DNA of 63,844 nucleotides, the filler included, from Reticulomyxa filosa (lineage: Eukaryota > Protista > Foraminifera): NCBI GenBank assembly GCA_000512085.1. It is 17 parts of 17 records of this genome, joined end to end, with 100 filler letters (N's around TTAATTAATTAA, not from the genome) between each part and the next. Parts side by side here need not be neighbours in the genome. Positions count along the whole stretch, not along the records: positions 47,341 to 53,515 come from ASPP01043272.1; positions 53,616 to 55,944 come from ASPP01007180.1; positions 56,045 to 57,200 come from ASPP01005713.1; positions 57,301 to 60,078 come from ASPP01011648.1; positions 60,179 to 62,727 come from ASPP01019874.1; 12 more parts are not named here. One strand, 5' to 3'. The notes beneath the pieces are model-generated. The model was not told where the DNA came from, made no database searches, and saw nothing but the letters and a program-made list of their open reading frames with translations. Position numbers and translations under genes: made by a program. Below are positions 50,301 through 62,727 of this stretch, one piece after another; position 1 is the stretch's first letter, and the number at the start of each line of letters is the position of its first letter.

Positions 50301-50919
50301 ATTGTTGGTGCATGCGGCCTTAATAACAGATTAGGTGCAGCGTATGATGCCAGTTGAATATTTAAAATAAAACAAAATAACTCTTTGCTTAAATTGTTTG
50401 TGGAAAAAAAATATGTAACTAACATAATACTCGAAAATAGTTCACTCGTTTATTCAACAACGATGGGGAACAGGATGTAGAGACAAAGGAACGATCATAT
50501 TTTATGATAGTACAGCAAAAATTATTAAAGAAAACATAGAATTTAATCTAGATACAGTTCGAGATGTTCTTTATCCTGCTTATGTGCCATGGGGAGGTAC
50601 GTCGTTTTTCAGAGCCATTCGTTGCGTCTACGACGTTGTGAAACGGAACTCCTCAAAGTCTATTGTCCTTATTTTTCTGACTGATGGTGAAGATTCAGAT
50701 AATGGGGCTTCTGACCTTTTAACAGAAATCAAGACATTTTGCTCCAATGGATTTCGTTTCTTCCCTTGTATTCTCAGCAAAGGGAAGAGCCCTACTTTAA
50801 ATAAGATGGCAAGCACAGTTGGCGCAACAGTAAAAGATAATTTGGATGCAAATGGTCTGGAAACTCATTTTGTTGGGATTGCGAAGAGACTTACTAACAT
50901 TTCATTTACTCAAGACTAA
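47341..50919 (+). CDS. GBP/atlastin/VLIG-like GTPase + Cys/His-rich repeats + C-terminal vWA domain (5'-truncated)
   Basis: G3 LDFEGLGSFERSPQED and G4-like LLIVVKD; a helical region; about 500 aa of C-x3-C/GH..H-C repeats; spliced vWA HVIFAIDVSGSM..GGTSF..LIFLTDGE. Introns at about 49047-49130, 50136-50218 and 50354-50440; frameshift near 48982. Confidence 0.85.
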
Positions 50920-51269
50920 GACTTACATTTGAGTATGCCAATGATAACTTCGTCTATTTTCAAGTGCAGTTGTCATATTTTCATTGAACAAACTGAGTTT
51001 TAAACAAAAATTGTATTACTTTTTAAATAAAAATATCTAATGCGTACGACTGTCAAAATTATTTCAATCAATAATAAATTATCATTACAAAAATAAAATT
51101 TCTGTAGAGTCGAAACAGTATTCCTTCAAATGAAACAGCATACAGTCAAACTACGATTCAAATAAAAGACAGTACATGCAGTCTAACTGCGCAAAGTTGC
51201 ATACTATCTTCTTTTCATTGCAAGATTTTTGGAACTGTTTTATAAAAAAAGGTCCTGACAAATGGTCAA

Positions 51270-51982
51270 TTAGATAAAGTAGACAATGAAGTTTCTTTGT
51301 TATTAGATAACGAAGCCATTTACGTGGTCTGCCAAAAACAGTTGCGAATTGCCAAACCAGATTTAAACAACTTGAACAAATTAGTTTTAAAAGTTGTGTC
51401 GTCCATGACTGAGTCTTTGCGATTTAGTGGTGAACTCAACGTAGACTTAAACGAGTTCCAAACTAACTTAGTCTCTTTCCACCGTTTGCACTTTATGACT
51501 ACAGGCAGGAGCACAATTATTCTAAGTTGATGTTTCAACATCTCCAAACGATGTTCAAAAAATTACTGTTTTAAGCAATCGAACTAATGTGTGAAATATA
51601 CTGAATTTAATCCTGCTGAAGAAAGTCGTGATATTAAATCAAAAGAAGAAACTCAACGGTCCAATTGTTGAATAGAAACAACAAAATCACTTTAGTCGAA
51701 TGATGCATAACTGTTTTCAAGATTATCTTGGACGAAGTACATGCAATAACTCTAAAATCCGATTATATCGGAACTTTCAGTAAACACGCTATAATGATTG
51801 ATAACAACAGGCATTTCCCGAGTGTTCAGCAAGCGCATTGCCCAAAAGTACGACATAATTATCACAAGTTGCTTGTTCACTGGCGCGTAAGGAAAATGTG
51901 TGGAAAGTGATAATTTGCTGAATCCCGTGAAGATTTGTGCTTTTTAGAAAAGGATTACCTTGATGTTTTCATTGAACAACTA
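51270..51982 (+). pseudogene. Alpha-tubulin pseudogene fragment (divergent Retaria alpha2-like)
   Basis: LLDNEAIY..NLNKLV..VVSSMTESLRFSGELNVDLNEFQTNLVSFHRLHFM, then stops and frameshifts, ending FAESREDLCFLEKDYLDV. Confidence 0.88.
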
Positions 51983-53697
51983 CGGTCACAGTTGAACTTT
52001 TGGACAACATTATAAGTTTGTTTTTTTTTTGCTTTTAATCAATTTAATTTTTTTTGGATAGAATGAATTTTGTTTCTCAAAACTTTCGCCAATTTTCTTT
52101 TTTGAAATATTTCTTTTTGAAGGTAATGAAAACGTTTAAGGGGATCTTTCGATTGTTCGTTTACTTTTTATATTTTTAAAGCAAATCAAATGTTTAGAAT
52201 TGATGATGTTTACTAACGTGCTATCAAATCGTCGAATCAAGAATGTGTCTACTTTTTGGAAAAGAACTTTACATTTTTTCAAAAATGTCAAGAGTTTGAT
52301 TAAGGGTCTAGTTGATCTATGATCCTACCTAAACTTACTCAACAGAGCTCTTTTTTTTATTGTGTTAAAGCACAAGCAATCTTCTCTACAATGAAAGAAA
52401 CATTTGACATAAAAGTAATTACAACAACATTTATCAAGACAAGAAACAATTTAATCAAATACAAGTCTTTAGTCGTGAGTATATAAAATTTTAGCAAGTT
52501 TCTTTGCAAATCCCGCAAACTGAGTTTCCAAATCATATTTTTTTTATTTGCAAAAACTAGTTATAAATATGGTCAAATATTTTCTTTTCAAAAATATCCC
52601 AACTTGCATCATACGCCGGTTATTTAGACCATATTTATTCGTGGAGGGAGACGAATAGTTTTTCGTCTTCTCTTTCATGGATTTTATATCATTTAAGCCT
52701 GCTACTGCTAAAATCCTATTTTCTCGCAAAAGAAATCACATATTTCAGCCTATGCAGTGTCTCCAGAACTAAATTCAGTCCACCATTTGGAATATTGTCC
52801 AATATCTTTTCAAAACTTTTTTTCCATTGCTTTAATTGATTGGTTGTTCAGTCACCATTGCCTTTGATTGATCATTACTTTGAGCTTTGGATCTCCTTGT
52901 TTTGTGACTCAATTCTTTAAAAAATCAGGGAAATGGCTATTTAATAAAAATTATATGAAAAGCATGTATCTGTATTCTTGAGTTAATAGAAGATTTCTAA
53001 TTATATTTTTGTTTTGTTGCAAAAATGTTATAATGTTTTCATTTCTTGAGCAAGCAAAACCAAAAATAAATGTTTCACAGTGCTAAGACGTGATAAATAT
53101 CACTTTGTAGGAAGTTGACTAGTTTGTCTAGACTGAAATGTTAAGCGTAATACGAATAGTTGCTCTTTTAGCAATCTTTCAAAAACAAATTAGTTTAAAT
53201 AAAAGAAGAACATAAACAACAACGACAATAACAACAAGTGAATAAGAGATGTTGGAAGAAAAGGTAAGTAAGTTATTGTAAAAGGGGTTTCCTGAGTTAC
53301 GCAGGAACTTCCCTTTATGCTGTTAGGGCCTTGCCCTACAACTTTGTCTTTTAAATTAGTGTTATTTTCGATACAAAAAAGCATCATTCCTTTTTTTCCA
53401 TCCAATCTAATGTCTATGAACATATATCATCAAATTACAGTAGAATGCAAAGTAAAGTTGATACATAAAACGGCACCTTATAGAGCTGATTGATTTTCTT
53501 CATGAAAAAACAACANNNNNNNNNNNNNNNNNNNNNNNNNNNNNNNNNNNNNNNNNNNNTTAATTAATTAANNNNNNNNNNNNNNNNNNNNNNNNNNNNN
53601 NNNNNNNNNNNNNNNTATATATATATATATAGTATATTATATATTTATGTATTTATTTAATGTATCGAATTGATCAATTTATATGTGAGTACTTGAC

Positions 53698-54315
53698 TTC
53701 TGCTCGATTCAATTGTCCAGTGAAATCCTTTTTCATTTGCCTACATTTGGACAATGTATATTCCATTGAAGTATTACCACTCTCTGACTTATCCAGTTTG
53801 TCCACCAAGGTGTCATTTAGTGTTGATAACTATCCTTCCATTCATCATACACATTTGTGATTTCGGACATATGCAGCCACAACAAACTCATTTTTCAGAA
53901 AGATATGCACATAAGTTACCAATTTCAACAAATTTTGAACATCTCTCAACACATTGTCAGAATCTGCGATTAGTCGTTGAACATTTTTATCTGATTCTTG
54001 AGATTGGTTTCTTGTCAATGAATTTGAAGAAGGATGGGATAGTGGGGTCGAATTCGGAGAGTTGTTCAACACTTTTTGAATCTGTACTCCTAACTTTTTT
54101 TGTCATATTTTTTGTTGTCGTTGTTAGGAAGAGATATTACGATCCACAAACAACATCAAGGATTGTCATTGTACTTTTCTCGGTTCACCAGTAAAAAAAA
54201 AAATTGTAATAGTAATACCTACTTTTTCATACTCTGCCAATTTCGAATTTATTTCATTTTCCAAACGGATACATTCTGTTCTAAAATAATTCCAGTCTGT
54301 TGTATCTGTCGCCAT
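53698..54315 (-). CDS. GOSR1: Golgi Qb-SNARE GOS28/GOS1, N-terminal exons (not shown as one ORF in the track)
   Basis: Exon 1 (54315-54223) MATDTTDWNYFRTECIRLENEINSKLAEYEK; exon 2 ..VLRDVQNLLKL; exon 3 LSTLNDTL..MEYTLSKCRQMKKDFTGQLNR. Matches the GOS28 pattern W..LR..AR.LENE.D.KL / HTLQRHR.IL.DY. Confidence 0.75.
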
Positions 54316-54703
54316 GATGTAAAAAAATTTTGTAAATATATCTTTTTTTGAAATGAACCACGGGATTGTTTCAAGTGTCAGCCTGGTCCAACCAAAACGC
54401 TGTTGTCTGTCGCTACAATCTCTTTTCTTGCGTCATTTTGGGGAAATTTTATGTTTTTAGCTATTGTACTTATTTTTATTTGTATAAGTTGTTTTCTTTA
54501 CTCAAGTATGTGGATAATACAAGCAAAAAGAATTTGTTCGTTTCTTTTTATCGGCCTGTGACCTCCAGAGACCTTCGAATATATGCAGTTTTTTAATTAA
54601 AAAAAATATTTCAATGAAAATGGACTTTTCACTAAAAGAGATTTGTAAGCACAAAAGTTAAAATTTCAGCTTTTTCGAAGGGAAAAAAAACACAAAGACA
54701 TTG

Positions 54704-55760
54704 ATGATGTTCATCCCATTGGTTTTGGCTTGGATTTTATTAGGGTATGGATTATGTAGCAAAAGGCTTCAAAAAGGTCGAAGCCAGTCAATAGAAGGCA
54801 ACCCATCATCGTGTGAAAATATAAATTATTCCTCTCGCTCACAATACATATCTTCTTGGGAACTATATATCACTCGAATAGGATGTCACTGTTTTGCTTT
54901 CGATAGTGTTTCATTGCTGCAAGCGTCTTGTTCACATTAGTTGCGGACAATAAAAAAAAAGAAAAAAAGGAAGTCAAAAAGTAAAAAAAGATACAAAATT
55001 ACAAATAACAAATATCAAACAGCCTTGGAAGCGAGACAACGACATCATATAATGGATTTGCAGTAATATCAGTAGAGATCTATCACAATAATAATAGTTG
55101 GTACACGTGGTACCCATATATAAACACAACAACATATCAATCAACGCAAGAACAATTTGATTCGAGAAATTATGTGTGTATCAATGCGTCACAGTCTCTC
55201 GACTATGTTCAATTCACATTGTGGTACAAATTTAATATTGATAACCAGCTCACGTTGAGTCTAGCATTTGTGAAAAACGAGTACAATTATTTATCCCATT
55301 TTTTTTTTTTTTATTAATTTTGTTTAAAAAAAAAAAACAAAATAGGGAATGGGTATATGCTTCCCAAAGCCAAATGATCCCCATGAGCAATTTACAAAAT
55401 GACACTTGGTATACAACTACATGCAATGCTGGTCATTGTTTACAGTCATCCAATGGTAACAATGTCACTTATTTTGAATGGAAATATCTTGAAATTAGTT
55501 AGTTTGTGTTTGCTTGGTTTATGTTTCGTCCAAAATTAATGGAAAAAAATAAATAAATCAATATATACATATATAATATATATATATATGTATATATTGA
55601 TTTATTTACCCTTTTTTGTATTTATCAAATGTCGTGTTGTTGTGTAGCAAGTCCAACAAATAAACTGTTTCGTGCTAGTCACGACAATGAGAATAATGAT
55701 AATCAAGACCATCAACATTCTAGTCGGACTGGGGTTGAGCAGTACAATCCTTTGCCAAGT
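54704..55760 (+). CDS. Hypothetical secreted/surface protein (multi-exon, partial)
   Basis: Signal-peptide-like MFIPLVLAWILLGYGLC. Exon-like Asn/Thr/Tyr-rich segments at about 55023-55280, 55345-55500 and 55648-55760 are separated by A-rich or TA-rich introns. Confidence 0.45.
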
Positions 55761-55913
55761 GTTTCGTATAGTATATAATGTATATACTTTTTTTTTTTTT
55801 TTTTTTTTGTTTGACACATATACGTATACACATATATGTATGTGTATATGTGTATGTACGTATGTATACGTATACACATGCGAAAACTTTTAGTGCATTT
55901 GGGAAAAAAGGAG

Positions 55914-55944
<31 letters not shown>

Positions 55945-56044
55945 NNNNNNNNNNNNNNNNNNNNNNNNNNNNNNNNNNNNNNNNNNNNTTAATTAATTAA
56001 NNNNNNNNNNNNNNNNNNNNNNNNNNNNNNNNNNNNNNNNNNNN

Positions 56045-56666
56045 CGGTTTCAGTATAGGCCGCGGTTTCACGCACTGTTTGCATCAGGGTCAGCAGTTGG
56101 CCGTCGACCCGCGAGACTGCGCCAGCCAGCAATTCAAGCTGGGCCTTTTTGCCCGGGGTTTCCAGATAAGTGATATCCACCAAAGTGGCGCCTGCATCAT
56201 CAATCAGCTGGATCAGCTGTTTCAGTTCATCGGCCACGGCGACGGCGCTTTGTTGGGTTTGCAGTTTGTCTTTGAACATGGCTCGGACTGCTTGTTCATA
56301 AGCCGTAAAGTGTTGTTGTGCCAGCTTTAATGGTTCATTGAGCTGACGGTCATCACTGGTCAGCTGGTGCAGTTGTTTGATTTGAGTTTGGTAATGTTGC
56401 TCGGCCTGAGTAAAGGCTTGCTGATATTGTGCGATAGCCTTCGGGTCATCGGCTGTGAATCCGAGCGCCGATAACTTGGCTAGTTTTAACAATTCAATTT
56501 GCGCCTGATTACTTTGCTGTTGCACCGGCACCGCAATATCGTTCACTTTGCTGGTCGATTCGGACACCACCGCAAAGCTCCATAACGACGATAAGCTGGC
56601 AAATAACAATAACAAAGCAATAAAGCCAAAACCGAGAATGACTTTGTGAGCCACGGTGAGTTTCAT
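56045..56666 (-). CDS. Bacterial methyl-accepting chemotaxis protein, N-terminal TM and sensor region (non-host contig)
   Basis: MKLTVAHKVILGFGFIALLLLFASLSSL..VNDIAVPV is a typical MCP start. An AGGA Shine-Dalgarno-like motif lies 6 nt upstream of the ATG. No introns; GC content is visibly much higher than in the rest of the window. Confidence 0.8.
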
Positions 56667-56816
56667 GTCTGATCCTGTTGTCTCATTTGTCTTCGTCAGT
56701 CGTTGTTTTAGTATTTGACGAAGTTCTTTGAACGTCAAAGAAGTGATTGAACTTAACAGAGAATTTTAATCTGGTCCAGCCAGTAGGTAAGTGTCTGTTA
56801 ATTTTAGAAGGAGTGG

Positions 56817-56850
56817 TAAAATGATGCTAACTGCAGTTAACAGTCAGCAT
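56817..56850 (-). terminator. Putative intrinsic terminator hairpin on the bacterial contig
   Basis: Minus strand ATGCTGACTG-TTAACTG-CAGTTAGCAT forms a 10-bp stem with one G-U pair, followed by CATTTT and directly after a TAA. Confidence 0.45.
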
Positions 56851-57309
56851 TAGTAGGTAAACTGCTTTGTTCTTGATTGAGGGACTGGTCTGCTGCGACA
56901 ACCCTGCCGGTTGGCACGCCGTCGGTTGACGTTAGTCAGGCTCGGTACCGCGCTGTTGATGATTGATACTGAGATGACCACCAAGCCGGTAACGACTCCC
57001 AGCCGAGGTTAAGTAAGCAAAACTGACGGCGCCATCTCGACTGAAGGTGCGGCGAGTCAGGCGCAGGCAAGGTTCATGCGGCCGATTTCAGGTGCTTACA
57101 GGTAAATTCGTCAGCCAGTACCGCTTCAACAATGTGATCGGCCTCGGTTAACGGCGCGACGGCACTTAAGTATTCATGCGGCGTTGCTGACTAAATCCTG
57201 NNNNNNNNNNNNNNNNNNNNNNNNNNNNNNNNNNNNNNNNNNNNTTAATTAATTAANNNNNNNNNNNNNNNNNNNNNNNNNNNNNNNNNNNNNNNNNNNN
57301 AAAAAAAAA

Positions 57310-57343
<34 letters not shown>

Positions 57344-57344
57344 G

Positions 57345-58414
57345 ACGTAGAAAGATTGCAACCGAAAGACGCGTATATGTTTCCATTGACAAGTGGCGCA
57401 GTGTTATGTATATTGTATGGCTTGGTAAAATATGCTCCAAAATGGATAATAAACAAGATATTGCGTGTAGTGTTTGTAATGATTGGATTATTTTCGATTC
57501 AAAGTTTGTTGAATTCAATATTTGAATTGTTTTTGCCGCACTTTTTGAGCAGTCTATTGAACACAGCATGTGGAAGCATTTGCCTCCAATCTCGGTCGTA
57601 CTGCTACAACCGAATAACAATCCCTTGGCCGAAATGGAGTCACTATGTCCCTTCGGCAGCAGCCAAGAGCGACTCAGAAAAAATAGAGTCCAAAGATTCA
57701 GTCACGACTGTTATCACAATTGGCACTATCCTTGAGTTTGGAATTGCGGCAGTGGCGAGTTTATTGTGGTTTCGAAATGGTCACTATATCATTCACAATT
57801 GCATCGCAGCGTCGGTGTCTATCCAAGTCATCGCTTTCATTAGCCCCGGATCTTTCCGCACTGCCACTATTCTATTAGTTTTGCTTTGTGTCGATTGCTT
57901 ACTATAATCATAAGCAATAGTACTATTTAACATATAATCTGTCGTGTGTTCATGAGTTTCCAAAACAAAACGAAACAAAATAACAAAAAAATAGGTTTAT
58001 ATTTTTTATGATATATTTTTTGTATTCGGAACGGACGTGATGGTAACTGTTGCGAAAAATTTGGATGTGCCGATTACCTTTGTGTTTTTGAGACCCACGG
58101 CCATTGAAAAACCTTACATGCTGGGCTTAGGCGATATTATTTTTCCTGGCATTTGCATTGCTTTGCTGTTGCGCTTTGACGCTTTTCTTTGGATATCCAA
58201 ATCGTCTTTATCGACATCCTCTTCTTCTTCTTCTTTCCCGTCCTCCTTTTATCCTTTTTTTTGCACGTATTATGTTGTCGCTTTAGTTGCTTATGTCCTT
58301 TCGCTTGGATTATGCTTAGTCATCATGTTTGAATGGAAACATGCACAGGTTTGATTTAACTTCTTTTGTGATATTTGCCTATTCAAAAATAATAACAATA
58401 ACATATATATGTAC

Positions 58415-58446
<32 letters not shown>

Positions 58447-58625
58447 GTGCATGTATATTTATTATTATTTTAACTTACTTGTTTGTATGTTTATCCTCCC
58501 CAAAGCCTGCTTTGTTATACTTAGTTCCTGGGGTATTGGTAACAGTATCACTTGCTGCCTTTTTCCGAAAGGAATTTGACAAGCTCTGGAGTTATGAAGA
58601 ATCTGATAAGCATAAAAAACATTGA
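57345..58625 (+). CDS. Signal peptide peptidase (SPP/HM13 family, A22B), 5'-truncated
   Basis: DAYMFPL..L..LY, catalytic YDIFFVFGTDVMVTVAK, MLGLGDIIFPG and a spliced HAQ-PALLYLVP; C-terminal LWSYEE..KHKKH. Confidence 0.93.
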
Positions 58626-59487
58626 AACTATAAATCCATACACTAACATTTTGGCATTGTTTTCGCCACGTTCTTTTTCTTCTTTCCTCTGCCACTTAAA
58701 TCTTGTCTTATTCCAATAATAAAAAAAAATAGCTGTTATATTTTATTAAAGAAGGATTCGATTAAAAAAAAAAAAAAAAAGAATAAAAGTGAATTAATTA
58801 CAATTAAAATAACTTTTTCTCAAATAAACAAAAAAGCATATGTTAATGTCTTGTTTTCTTTTTTTGGTATAAAAAAATAATAAAAATATGCACTTGTGAT
58901 CCAGCTTGCTATCTATTTTGACTATCGGACTCCAATTTTGTTTATTTGGAGAATTCACAACTCTTTTTTTTATTCCTTACGGGGCGCTGTTTTTATTTAT
59001 AAAACTGTAGAACCTCTCAAATGGTCATGCACTACCTTAATAGAATTTATATTGCTTTTTTCTTACAAAAAGCTATTTATTACAATTGACTCTAAAAAAA
59101 AAAGCAGTTCCTCTAAAACCGGTCTTTAAAAAATCAAACCTTAAAAAGGTTATTTTTTTACAAATTCTGAAGCAGAAATAATTTTATTATTTGTCCGTGC
59201 TTGATTTAATAAAAGTTTGACTTTTTAAGGGGGAGTGCTTTTTTTTTTTGGCTGCGTGTTTTAGCCCTAAAAAAGGGATAAAGCTGTGTTTTGAAAAAAG
59301 TTCTTCAAAAACCAAAAAGGTTTACATAAACTAAACATACATTTTTGGAGTTATTGAAAATTTGAAGTGATTATCGACGAAATTGTCTTTGTTTAATTTG
59401 GTTATCCTTTCGTTTTGTGGTTGCCATAGTTTTTTTTTTTTTTGTCTCCTCTGTGAGTTGCAAACGAAAGTAATTGTGCAAAAATTG

Positions 59488-60009
59488 ATGAAAAGTATGG
59501 CTTCACCAATTGATATGCACAACCTCGTGATGATATCTCAAAAAATTTCGAGTTTGCAAAAGAAAGATAATTTCAAGTGGAACAACAGCAAAGATTTGGA
59601 CGACTCCAAAGACGAGAATGGCGACATAGGAGATATTCCAGAGGGTGCAAAGTTTTTGTGGGAGTCATTGCCAGCAGTGGAAGGAGTTTGGACAAGCAGT
59701 GGGTCGATACAGAGTACGAATGGATACAACCCACAATGGGACACAGACTCTATTTTGGTCGATCGGACATTGTCGCAAGACCCCACTCACATCGACATCA
59801 AAACTTCGCTATTGCAACATATTTGTTCCATGATTCCAACTTTCCATCCCATCGATGCAAGCGAAACCATTGAGAGCTTCGTTCGACAGTTGCAAATCCA
59901 ATACGACGCTCAACTCAAGGAAGCACAAGTCCAACAAACACAATCGCTGCAGAGTATCCACGACATGTATCGCGACAAACAGAACTCCTATTTTTCAAAC
60001 CGCTCTTAA
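59488..60009 (+). CDS. Hypothetical protein, first exon
   Basis: About 170-aa ORF of coding-like composition ending in a coiled-coil-like segment. No family recognised. Confidence 0.5.
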   Translation: MKSMASPIDMHNLVMISQKISSLQKKDNFKWNNSKDLDDSKDENGDIGDIPEGAKFLWESLPAVEGVWTSSGSIQSTNGYNPQWDTDSILVDRTLSQDPTHIDIKTSLLQHICSMIPTFHPIDASETIESFVRQLQIQYDAQLKEAQVQQTQSLQSIHDMYRDKQNSYFSNRS

Positions 60010-60434
60010 GGTTTTTTTTTTTTTTTTTTTTGCAAAACATTTTTGATTTTTTCTCAAAAAAAAATTTTTGTTAATAACNNNNNNNNNNNNNNNNNNNNNN
60101 NNNNNNNNNNNNNNNNNNNNNNTTAATTAATTAANNNNNNNNNNNNNNNNNNNNNNNNNNNNNNNNNNNNNNNNNNNNCATCCCTCTGTTAGCACGGCGC
60201 ACTGCCGGCAACACCAAGGGGGAGACTCGATATAATGTCCATCCACAGATGGACATTGCCACAGTCCTGCAAGGTTATCTGTCGGTGCTGCGATTTAATG
60301 CAAACTTTTAATGTGGCCTCTGTTTGCTTGCAAACACCGACGCGCCTGTCGCACGCGTCTGTTGCGATATACATCGCAATTGTGGTAAGCGCTCTAGTAG
60401 TGCGCTGCGGCTGATCTGGCTACTCATGCAGCAA

Positions 60435-60473
60435 ACAGGAATACAGGAATACAGGAATACAGGAATACAGGAA
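60435..60473 (+). repeat. 8-bp tandem repeat (ACAGGAAT)x~4.8
   Basis: acaggaatacaggaatacaggaatacaggaatacaggaa is read directly from the sequence. Confidence 0.9.
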
Positions 60474-61041
60474 CCAACAATGATAACAATAACAATAATA
60501 CCCATCTGCGATCACAATGACAATGAATTCAAATCGAAACACACTGATCCAGCGAAATCTACTACGAACGATCTTTGACTCTTTTTTTTTAAGTTGTGTT
60601 TTTTATAAACTCCAAACTTTTGATCTTGAAAAACAAAAGAGTTGTTTGGGTAACTTCTTTGACACGAAATGGACGATGGTCAACGATATCTTCACAACTG
60701 GCGCTGAGTACTGGAACGAACTTGGTGCAAAACTGCAGAAAAAGGGGGGGTGAAAAAAGTTCATCTGTAACAGCACAATTTCTTTTGTTGCAATGAAAAA
60801 AATAAAATGTTTATTGTCGTTTAAAATTCTTTCATTTTTAAATTAGAAAACATATCATGTTCACAATTTGATGCAGAATAACAAATGTCGAAAAAAGTTT
60901 GTTAAGTGACGCAAACATATATTCAATGCTATTGTCTATAAATTGCAAACAGCTTTCTTGTGCAAGTGCTACAATACCAAAGAAAAAACTGTTGAGAAAA
61001 GTTATATTAGCGTAGCCGAAAATGAACCATACAATGGAATG

Positions 61042-61681
61042 TTATTGCGCTTGAAGAGCCAAAGCAAAGTTATCTAACGTTGGCACGTTTTTGCTAGGAG
61101 AGGCAGTATTTTGCCCATAGAACGAAGAGAAAGAACCAACGTTCAAGTGATTGAAAGATCTTTCAAAAAGCATAATGGCAACGAAGACAATAGTGGACAC
61201 AATAGCCCCAAAGCCGACTTCAATGAACCACAAGAGATGCCATTGCGTAAGATAAAACTTTTGGATGGTAAAGTGGATTTGGTAAATGGTGAAAAGCGCA
61301 TAACCAATTAAAGTACAAGTCAAAAGAGAAAGAAATGGGATGTGAGTCTTGGACACAGATATCTTCTGTTGCAACGCCGTTAACACCATATACCAAATGG
61401 CTCCATTGCATATTGACACGGGAGGAATGACCACCACACGTATCCATGTTTTGACCATATCGGGTTGGTCATAATGTATTGACGCTTCAAAGATCAGCAT
61501 AAACACCCAATAAAAGCATGTGAGTACAATCCATTGTCCTTTCATTGTACTAATTGAAGGTCTGTCCCAACGAATTTTTTTTTTTCGTTGATTTGATTGT
61601 GTCCATTGTATATTTCAAGAAAAAAAAAAAAGAAAGAAAGCAGATTTATGTTTGTCCTTTTTTTAAAAAAAAAACAATCAC

Positions 61682-61717
<36 letters not shown>

Positions 61718-62685
61718 GTAAGCCCATGACAAAAATGACGAGTAGCAAGCGCGAAAATGTAGTTCGTGTGGCGGTTGCGATCAATCCCAAACCAACGAGC
61801 CCTTGGCTTTGGACGCCCGTGTTGTTCAGATCAGAGTACATGAAATACCAAACGCAAATTTCGAGTAGACAGAGAAGCAGCATTACAATGACCAAATTCT
61901 AAACATTATTATTGTGTATGTGATTATTTATCTTTTTTTCTTCCCACTCAATAAGATAACAATGCACACACCAAAACATGTGAAAGAAAGGGGAGGAGAA
62001 ACAAAAGAAGGGGGGGGAAAATATATATATATAAATATATATATATATGTATATATATAAGGAGACATACCTGAAAATTCAATTCTTTCCTAAAGGAGAT
62101 AAGAAGACCAAACACACACAGAAGAATGAAATAGACGATACCCATCCAATAGTAAAATGATAAATAACCATAAGCATCTCCAGACAAATGTCCATATGGA
62201 TTCATCCAGTGTGACTCTCCTTCAAACGTCATTCGACCCATGCCCCTTCTGCAACTCGCCATTCCAAACACATGAACTCCTGTCACTTCCACTTTTTGTG
62301 CCTTTTCCCACATTCCGTTTTTGTCGCAAGGAACAAGGAGGGACCATATTGCATATTATATAGTATATGTGTACATATATGCGCAAGAGCGTTCATTTCT
62401 CTGTGGGGGGTTTTGTTTTCGAAGAGACTGACTGTACCATTGATATTGTCTTGCTCTTTTCTCCTTTTTTGAATGGGATTTGGTGTCGATAAATCACGGA
62501 TACATTTGGATTGACTAGCAATTGGTTGATGTGTTGTTTGTCACATTGTTTCGCTTGTGCTAATAATCTAGTGCAACAAATATGCAGTTCGTCGTTGTAT
62601 TTCGTGCCAATGTCTTGTATGTATTTGTCAAGAGTTATTACCATTTCCAATGATGAATCACTTTCCGATTCTTCACGGTGGAGTG

Positions 62686-62690
<5 letters not shown>
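61042..62690 (-). CDS. TMEM87/PTM1/GPR107-like lung seven-TM (GOST) protein, partial
   Basis: LHICCT..AKQC, WMNPYGHLSGDAYGYLSFY..MGIVY, ELNFQ, LLEICVWYFMY..LNNTG, RTTFSRLLLVIFVMG, WHLLWF. Confidence 0.85.

Positions 62691-62727
<37 letters not shown>

Noticed and set aside
56045-57200. Horizontal gene transfer of a chemoreceptor into the host
   Set aside because: It is an isolated contig with no host flanks and unameliorated bacterial features; contamination is simpler.
60179-60753. 3' end of a possible plus-strand gene
   Set aside because: Composition is coding-like, but frame and family could not be established.
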